64,000 nt of DNA from Nageia nagi (lineage: Eukaryota; Plantae; Pinophyta). Each line of letters starts with the position of its first letter. Within the stretch, counting starts at the first letter, position 1. The DNA lies in contig JBITNC010000001.1 of assembly GCA_050084985.1 (NCBI GenBank), positions 159,898,001 through 159,962,000 on the forward strand. Direction: 5' to 3'. This document shows positions 38,174-47,300 of this stretch, one piece after another. The notes beneath the pieces are model-generated. The model did not search any database, had not been told where the DNA came from, and saw nothing but the letters and a program-made list of their open reading frames with translations. A program made the position numbers and the translations under genes.

Positions 38174-41100
38174 TGTGAATTTGGCAACTTTAACTTTTAA
38201 AAAAAGACAAGAGATGGGTCCTGTTGTGCCTACACAACACCCCCCAAACTTTTTGCATTTTGATGACCCTCAAAATAAAAGCACAATGCATGGAAGTAAA
38301 TATTTGTCTAAGGGAACGTATGCATTTTGGCCTAGCTTCAGGAGACATGTTAAACCTGCACTTTCATTATCAGATCAAGTTAGAAACCTACATTTTTCCT
38401 CAGTCGCATGTTTTCAAGTGGGTGCTTTTGCACCCAACCCAAACGGTGCGACCAATCTCATGCTACATTTTCATACTCACCACTTGTATTTTCCGTCTCA
38501 AAACTACATTTTCAAGGTCCCTCATGCTGCAAAGATTCATTTCTCCCTCATTGCATTTCATGTTTGAAGTCATTCTAGTCGGAATTCAAGGCAAAAAAAA
38601 TGTGCTTTCAACCTATCGCATGCTTTTGAATGAGTACTTTTGCACCCACCCAAAACAGTGCGACCAAGACTGGAGCCTCTCATACTTAGCATTTTTCTGG
38701 AAAAGCATGTTTTCAAGTGAGTGCTTTTGCACCCATCCAAATCCATGCGACCAAGGAGGAAGAAACTTATACTTAGTTGTTTCGGAACCTACAAAGTCTG
38801 TCGCATATTTTCAAACGAGTGCTTTTGCACCCATCCAAATCCATGCAGGAGAAAAGGGGACTTAGCCATTTTTGAGGCAATCAAGGCTTATCGCATGCTT
38901 CAAAGTGAGTGCTTTTGCACCCAACTCAAACCATGTGAACAAATTCATGAGGTGAAAATTGGCTAAGTGTTGGGTCCAGATTGTTGCCAAGTGGAAACAC
39001 ATGCATTTGACCTCCTCTTGCACCTATCATATGATGACACCTATCTAGAGCATTGCGTGGAGCCAATAGAGAAAAAGCACTCCTCCAAAACAATGCGAAT
39101 GGGCATGCTTTTCATTGAGTGCAAAAGCACTCACTCAAAATGGTGCGACTGGGTAAAAATCTGCATTTTCATAGGAAAGTCATGCATTTTCAGGTTTGAA
39201 ATTATGCATTTCTACATCAACTGGTTGCTACCATGCATTCTGAGATCATTCTGGCTCATTCTGGAAAAACTAGCTAAGTGTTTAACTTGAGCGCACCATT
39301 TTTGTGTAGTGAAAAAGCACTCACTCAAATGGTGCGACCAACCTTGAGGGTGCTAAAATTGGCTAAGTCATTGAGAAATTGAGCATATACTATGGGAAAG
39401 ACAAGTGCCTCACATGCATTGGATCATTTTTTGAACTAATCGGCATGTGACACTTGTCCATTGGAGACTGCATAGTATAAAAGGCAACATGCTAGTTCAT
39501 TTTGTATTTTGGATCACTTCATTCTCATGGCATCTAGCTTTGCTCAAGTGAAAAAGCACTCCTCCAAAAAAGTGTGACTGGGCATGCTTTCCATTGAGTG
39601 AAAAAGCACTCCTCCAAAACAGTGCAACTAGGCATGCTTTTCATTGAGTGGAAAAGCACTCCTTCAAAACGGTGCGAAAGCACTCCTCTAATACAATGCG
39701 ACTAGGCATGCTTTTCATTAAGTGAAAAAGCACTCCTTCAAAACGGTGCAAAAGCACTCCTCCAAAACAATGCAACTGGGCATGCTTTTCAAGCAGTGCA
39801 AAAGCACTCCTCCAAAATGGTGCGAAAGCACATACCAAAAATAGTGCGACCAAGCTCAAAGGGGTTAATTTCGAAAGAAAATTTGGCTAAGTCATTTGTT
39901 ACATCAAATTGGTAGGCGCATGCAATTTGGGACATGAAAAAGCACTCCTCCAAAATGGTGCGAAAGCACTCGCTCAAAACGGTGTGAAAGCACTCACTCA
40001 AAACGATGCGACCAAATCTGGAGGCATAATTTTTCTGAGGCATGGAAAAGCACTACTCTGTTTTGGTGCGACTAGGCATGGTTTTCATAGAGTACCAAGA
40101 GCATGTACTAAAAACGATGCGCCCGGACATAGAAGACATACATTGAACCCATTCTATAGCAAATTGAAGCTTGCCACATGTCCCAAGCATTGACATTTGT
40201 TACAAGCAATGCCACCTTTCCAAGAAGCACTACCTATCAAATGCATGCCATACATATGACACCTACCTTAGAACAAAAGATTTATGAATATTATGCAAGA
40301 CTCCAACCAAAGGCACCTTTTCAAGAGGCTTGGTGACTGAATATCTTTGGAATCCGCAACTATAGAAGACATAGTGCAAAACTCATCTCTGAAGGGAAAA
40401 GTTCGTGAGAAGGAAGTTAAGTTGCCAAAGGGGAAGTGATACAAGATGTTCAAAATTTTCAGACTAATTATAGTTACATGCTAAGACACTTGATGGATAT
40501 GCCAGAATATCGTATGCAGAGGAAGAAAGGGATTTACTCAGATATAAATGACAAGCACTTCATTCTCTCCAAGGTGCATCACTCGGTTCTCATGATGTAG
40601 GTCACATAATTTTGAGCTCGTGAACTTGCAAGACCCATTTTGGCGCAACTTCCCCAAAAGCACATTGGGACATTCAAGATTGGGCCCATCATCTGACATC
40701 ACCAAAGAGGAGCGGAACTCTGCCAGTATCGGATCAGATCTATCCTAGGTTTGATACACCCGCAAATATTGTCTACGGTATCTTTTCTGTTGTTAAATGC
40801 ATATTTGATGATGGTTGTTATGTCAGACTCTATTTCATTTGATTTGAATGGTGTAGGGATGAGGTTTTGCTTCTGCCAGTTCAGATGTTAAACTTCTTTA
40901 TTACATATCTGATTTACTTTCAAGTAGCTTAGAAGTAGATTAAATGCATGGTAGTTGTGGTAGTTATATTTTGTCAGGCTTTTAAGTGCCACTTGCATCG
41001 ATTCATGCAGACAATCTAATTTTGCATCGATATGTGTGTTGCATGTGTGCACACCATATCAAATTTGATGCCTTTAGGGCAACACCGCATTTATTGTGGC

Positions 41101-41670
41101 TACCTTTTTGAAACTATAAGTACTCGGCTTGGGTCATTTTTGTGAAAAAGGCTTTTTTTGAGAGAAGAGGGGGTGTGACAATTAGATAGAAGAGTTTGAT
41201 GAGCTATAGAAGAGTTAGCTTTATGAAAAACTACTTTCTATTTTGAAGTATTGCTTTGAAGACTAATGCAATTGGAGCCTCCATTTCGTGGGATTATGCA
41301 TATTATCTTGTAAGATTTTCTTATCAATTTGGATAATTTTTAGTACTTATGTGCATTCTCTTTGAAAACTAAGAGTTTTAAGAGGAGATAGTGTAATATT
41401 TTGTGAAGTGGTATAAATTATTCATTGCATGATTTGCATATAAGTGTATGTATTCTGGGGTGTATAGCTTGTCTCTATGTCATTCGGTTAGACTTGTGTA
41501 TTCACACCATCATTTTCTTTTACCCCACTCTATTGAGTCTTCCACCAAGACCCTACAACATCCTGCTCTCTTCTAGTAGTGACTTAAGCGCATGTTGCTA
41601 TTTGCTGCCTACCTTGATAGTGAATATAATTTTCTTAATAAATCCGGAGATGACCCTTCGAGACACTACA
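38174..41670 (+). mobile_element. Probable solo LTR or LTR-derived insertion nested in the hAT
   Basis: TGT...GACACTACA termini, TATA-like CTATAAG at ~41115, internal repeat arrays. The flanks CTACC/TCACC match only partly. Confidence 0.45.
38400..40080 (+). repeat. Dispersed/tandem ~45-50-bp repeats built on a GAGTGC-N4-GCAC palindrome
   Basis: About 5 copies with a TTTT loop (38403-38940) and more than 12 full or partial copies with an AAAA loop (39075-40075). Confidence 0.9.
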
Positions 41671-43399
41671 TCACCAGTGGATGTTTCTTTGCTAGCTTGA
41701 CTTAAACTTCCTGTGGCCCCCCTCACCTTTTTTATTTTTCTTTTATTTATTTTTCTCTTTCTTTTATTTTCCCTTTTGCTGCTTCTAAATCCTGAAATGA
41801 CCTCAAGATTCAGTGAATCTCAATAAAAGAAGAAGACATTCCCCAACCAAAAAACAAACTCCAGAGCCCTTATATAATAGGGTGATAGCTTGCATCTCTC
41901 CTCACTCGAGCTACTCCAGGATTCACAAACCATCAGACAAGCTATAAAGAGAAAAGTGACAAGTTATAAGTCCTGGTAACACGAAAAGAAACTTTGGGGT
42001 AGAGAGTCCTTTCAAGTGGGAGTAGGTAATGCTACTTCACCTAAGTTGTTGAGTCCATTCCCAGTATTGCTTGTAACCTTGCTCAGGAGGGAAGGAAAAC
42101 ACACCAACAGGTCCCACTCATGTCCCCACCCTAACATAAAGTATCCTAATTACAAAACATATTCATTTTACTTGCGTGCAACCTTGAGAAGCAAAAAACA
42201 ACAGTGAGGAAGTAAAAAACAACACTAAGGAGGAGAAAACAACAACCCTTAGAGCTTGATAGTTGTGATTTTGGCATTTTGCAGCCTCCTACTATGATTT
42301 CAATACTACTATATTTCTCATTTGACTTTTGAATATTTTTTATTTGAGATTTCATATCTATTCTAATGTGCTAGACTGATTCAAATTTAATGATATTATG
42401 GTGTTATGATCATTGATTATGGCTCATTTTGATATTATGATTCATACTTGATTTCTAATTTAAGTTCCAAGTGTTGTATATATGATTGAATTGATAATAA
42501 TAATGAATTAGAAACAATAAGATTTAAAAAATCTAAAAATTTTGGGATTTTTTACTAGTATTATACTACCCACTCCCCCTACCGTTTCCAAGGCGCTCCC
42601 TAAAAATGACCTCAGTCGTTCCCTTTCTTGGGAATGTGCTCCCGCCACTCCCACACTTTGTTGCTCCTGACACACCGTGGAACCTTGGTTAAAATGCAAT
42701 TTTAAGCATCTTGAATTTGCCCCTTTTGGAATATGATCAAAGGAGAGAATTCAAGGCCATATTCCAAAATAAAAAAGAATAAAGAATTTTCTTAAGTTCT
42801 ATGTTGTTGCCCTACAAAGTTCCTACAAGACAGTTGTTGTGCGAAATGAAAGAAAATTTATGAGAACATGCAGTGATCTAACATGTCATGATTTAGCTTA
42901 AGACTCATCCTTGCCCTATAGTTTGAGAAGGACAAATGAGAGCTTGGATGACCACATTCTTTTTGAGCAAAGAAAATGGCATTGATTGCCACTTTTCTTT
43001 TGGTCCACGTCTAAAGACTAGTGCTGAGGAGCTCAAAGAGAAATTTGTATGAGACCAGCAAAACAAAGATAATTGGAGGAAAATGTTTGCTTGTCTTAGA
43101 TGGGTTTTATTGAGCATGGTGAATCTTGATAGTGATCAAGCAACCACCCTTTTATAAGTAGCGATAAAGCATGTAGTAAATGATAAAACAAGATGCAACA
43201 ATTTATGAGATAAGACTCAGTAAAATAAGACACGGATAATTGACAATTTATGCAAATAGGGAATACATTAAACTTAGATATTTCTGAAAAAATGATTTAG
43301 CAAGATATATCAGATAATAATTCATAATTTGATACCTCAGATAAGGATAATTCAAGATTTTGGTAACCAGAAGATGATTCAAAAGTGATAGACATTGAC

Positions 43400-43604
43400 A
43401 TCTCAGCCTTTGAGAAGACCTGTTTTGACAAGTTGGAGATGTTTTGAGGTGCTTTCGTGGTTAAGATACCTTCTTTTCATGTTAGCTGTTGTAGTTTGTG
43501 ATAAGGTTCTTTAATGAAGAAAATAAATAAAAAATCAGAGTTTTCAGATCTGTGTTTGTTTGTTATTTTTCTGTGTTTGGCATTTTTGTATTTGGTTTGT
43601 TTCA
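43400..43604 (+). repeat. U5 end of an A/B-family LTR in the opposite orientation
   Basis: tttcagatctgtgtttgtttg...tgtatttggtttgtttca matches the reverse complement of the A and B LTR ends. Confidence 0.6.
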
Positions 43605-44391
43605 TCTCGATGTTGATGAATAAAAGGCTGAATCTTTTTTAAACATAAAAATGCAATTAGACTGAAGAAAACATAGATAAATTATGAAACTGCTGATATG
43701 TCTAGGATAATGAAGTGCAAATGCAGAAATTTCCAACAGAAAAGAATATATCCGACAGACAATCTTTGGAAAGAATTAGCAAGTAAAATAGCAAGAAATT
43801 TTACAGGTTCGATGCAAAAATACAAATCTAGATAGTAACTGCAAAAAGATGCAGAATGCTGATGCAAGTAGGGAAAATAGAACGCCAAAATGGTTTTTGT
43901 GTGACATGTCCCAAAACTGAATTTCAGATGGCTGGGGCAGAACATGGTTGTTTTGGTGAGTAAGGGACTAGAACGTGAATGTTTTGGGGGTCTAAGGTAC
44001 TAGAAAGCCTACGAGTGTTCTAACAAGAATGCCTAAGGCCTCAAAATTCAAAGACAACAACTTAAATTTACAAATGCAGGCTAACTTTTGTACTAAATGC
44101 AGATTATGCATGATAAACTAGGATGAGAATATAGCCAGAAATTTCTTGTTCAGCCTTGAAGATAGCCACTTTGATTATGTGACGAAGTTGGTTTCATTAA
44201 AAAAAATAAGAAGGTAAATAACAAAGATGAAAATTAGGCAATTAGCAAGAAAAATTGGCTGGCCAAAAGTTTTGACAAATAACATCCTTATTATTTTGGT
44301 ATTGCCTTTTTGGTTATCGTGTTCTCACTTTGTTTTTGTGCAGGCATGCAAGTTCAAGTAAAGAACAACAAGATAGAAGGGCGAATATGTT

Positions 44392-47300
44392 TGTAATGAC
44401 CCTATTTTTAAGAATATCTCGCATTTGGGATTTTCCACAAATTTTTTCTCCTACAAGTCAGATATGGTTGTTGCACCTTCAGAATTGGATAGAGCATCTC
44501 ATGGCATTTGTTTTAAGTGGTCACATGACCCCTTTTGGACAAGAAATGAAGGAGTTATGGCTACTTGAAGTTCGTCAGTCGGACCATTCTTCCATATCAC
44601 GCCTACACACAAAAATCCACTTAACTTAGTGGATTTTTACTTAAAAGTGCAATGTTGAATTATAATAAACTTTTATGTTATTCTAATATTATTTTAAGTA
44701 CTTTTATTTGTAATAAGGCCAATCAATGGCTTAGATTAGCTTAGAGGGGTCAATGCAAGATTAGGGTTGGAGTCTATATAAGGAGATGCAACACTCCATT
44801 TTGGGTATGTTATGTGATATGAGAATTGAATATTGAAACCCTAGAGTTTCCATGAGTTGAGATTGCAGGTCTTGCTCATTCCCATAGTGCATTGGAGGTG
44901 CATGGTTGGGGACTTGGCAATATCATTGAAGGTGTTATTGCCCTAAAATATCAAAAATACAAAAAGAGACATTTGTGAATGGTTCGTGGCATTTCTTTTG
45001 TGGAGGGATTCACTCAATTTGGAAAGTTTGTATCTGCATTTTTAGTTCCGTGAGGATTCCATTTGTCCATTCCAGCTTTGTATTGGTTTGGAAATATTTA
45101 ATATATGATACTGGCTGATTTCTCCTCATACTAGTGTTATTTTATGAGCAATTTCTAAGTTGTTTTATAGCTGCAATTTATTTCTGCATTTTTATGTTGA
45201 GGGTTTGCTAGACATAAAGAAATAAAAATAAAAGGAACATCACAAGTGGTATTAGAGCTTGGATCTTGCCAACCTGTGGTTAGATCTAACATTTTTCAAA
45301 GATTTGGAGTTAATGTTTCTACAAAAAATTCAGATCTTCAGTTTCTAGCATCTGGGTGTTGAATATTTTTGGGGGATCTAATAGATCAAGAAGGTTTGCA
45401 TTTTAAAAGCAATTTTTCAAGGTTAAAAGGCATTTTTTAAAGAAAATCTGCATTCCTAGACTAAGTCGTCTAAGGTTGAGAGATAAAAATTGCATGATTG
45501 AAAGCTATTTTCAAACATAGGAAGTCTTGATCTATTATTCTAGCTAGTCAGAAAAATTTTGCTCAAGGATTCTAGGCAGAATTGGAGTTTTGAGTAAAAA
45601 AAATTTATGATGAATTTTCAGATCTAGCATTTTTCAGTATTTTTCAATTGTGGGTATCTCAGTTTCAGAGTTTTTCAGAATTAGGGTTGCCAATTTTATA
45701 GTGAAAATCATTTTGGGTATTGCAGATTCTTGGTAATTTGTTTGGTTGCAGAAAGAAACCCTAATTTCGTGGGTATCAAAAAACCCTATTTTGAGGGGCC
45801 ATTTGAGGCCAATTTTGGAGTTCTAGCATCAAATCCAGCATACTAAGCTGAACATCTAACCCTAAGGGGTATTTTTGAACACTTTGTATGCAGTTTTAAG
45901 CTTTTAGAAGGGTTTTTTAGAGGAAAAACAAGAAGGTGACGTTTTTGAAGATTCAGTTAGTTGGAGGTATTTGTCGGGTAGATTTGAGCACCCATTAAGC
46001 TCTACTTCTCATTGCCACCTTTAGAAAAAATGTTGAAATTTCTTTTATATGAGATCTAGCATTTCCTATGATTTTTTACCTATTTTTCAGGAATTGTACA
46101 AATAGGGGTTTGAAGATTGATGTTTGCTAAGAGTGGATCATGGAACTATTCAGGAGAAAAGAGAATGAGTAGAAGTTGGATGCAATGATTGTTTTGATGC
46201 AAAAGATGATGACATTAGAGGAAGCAAATAGACAAGCAATAGTGACATTAAAAAGGGTAAACATGCAACAAAATGGAACCAACGAACCTAAGAGAGAGAA
46301 AAGACAAGTGCAACAAAAAATGACCATTCCCACCTTTAATGGTCAAGATAGTTTATCAACTTTGGGAAAAACAGAGAAAGCTGAAATTTTCCATAATAAA
46401 GAAGAGATTGAAGAGAATTGTGCAAAAAAGTGTGAAGTTGTTCCTACCATTGAAAAAGAGGAAAGGGGCCAAACAGAAAATTTTGAAGAAAATGCAAGTA
46501 GTGAAGACATTTCAGCAATGGAGCATGGTTCGTCTAGCATGATTGATTTCACTCAAGAGATTGGTGATAGAGATGCTACTCTCCCACTTGAGGTATGTTT
46601 GAAAGAGAACCAAAATACTTCCTTTTGTACATTTATACCTACACATGTTGAAAATGAATTCAATGAAAAACATGATGCTCATGATTTGGGAAAAGAGTTA
46701 GAAAATGTTTCAAATTTGTTTTTTGCATACTCTATGGGAAAGCTACAAAAGGGTGTTGAAGAATTTTCAGTTTGTGAAAGTTTGGAGAGAAATGGGCTAG
46801 AAATCCAAATTAAGCCCTTAGATAATTGTGATCATAATGGCCTTAGTTTTCCTTGTGTGAAGAGTTTTGTGAGGGAAAGATCAATCACATTTGAGAATTA
46901 TGATCAATCTTTAAATGCATGGGATCCAGGAATTCTTTTCATATATGGTAAGAGTTCTTTTGGTGGAAAGAATCACAAACATATTCAGCCATGGTACATG
47001 TCTCATACTCATCTCATGGGAGGAGGACAATCCTTTGACATTTCACAAATTCTGTTATGTAAAGGTAAATTTACTACAGCCATAGTTCCTTCAAACAAAA
47101 TGTTTATTTTTCTCATGTGGATGCATCAGCATGGTAGGAGGTGTAGAACACTTCTCAAGTGGGACATTGCAGAAGGAGATACTGTTTCATGGACATATGT
47201 GGTATCTTTTCACTTATTTTTGTGGCTTTCGTGGATTTACAAATTGCTGATTCAATTTTGGTATTTGGAGTGGACTTTTGAAGTCTTATATGTGGGTAGA

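Larger units (their letters stand above)
37899..42687. mobile_element. Non-autonomous hAT DNA transposon with a ~3.5-kb nested insertion
   Basis: Perfect 8-bp TSD GTTAAAAT (37891-37898 and 42688-42695), imperfect TIRs CAAGGGTTCAC / GTGGAACCTTG, and GC-rich subterminal CGTTCC(C) motifs at both ends. Confidence 0.85.

Noticed and set aside
38167-42031. Possible CACTA element (CACTACCT ... AGGTAATG)
   Set aside because: The 3-bp flanks differ (AGG vs CTA), the right TIR is imperfect, and the hAT plus TGT..ACA insertion explains the region better.
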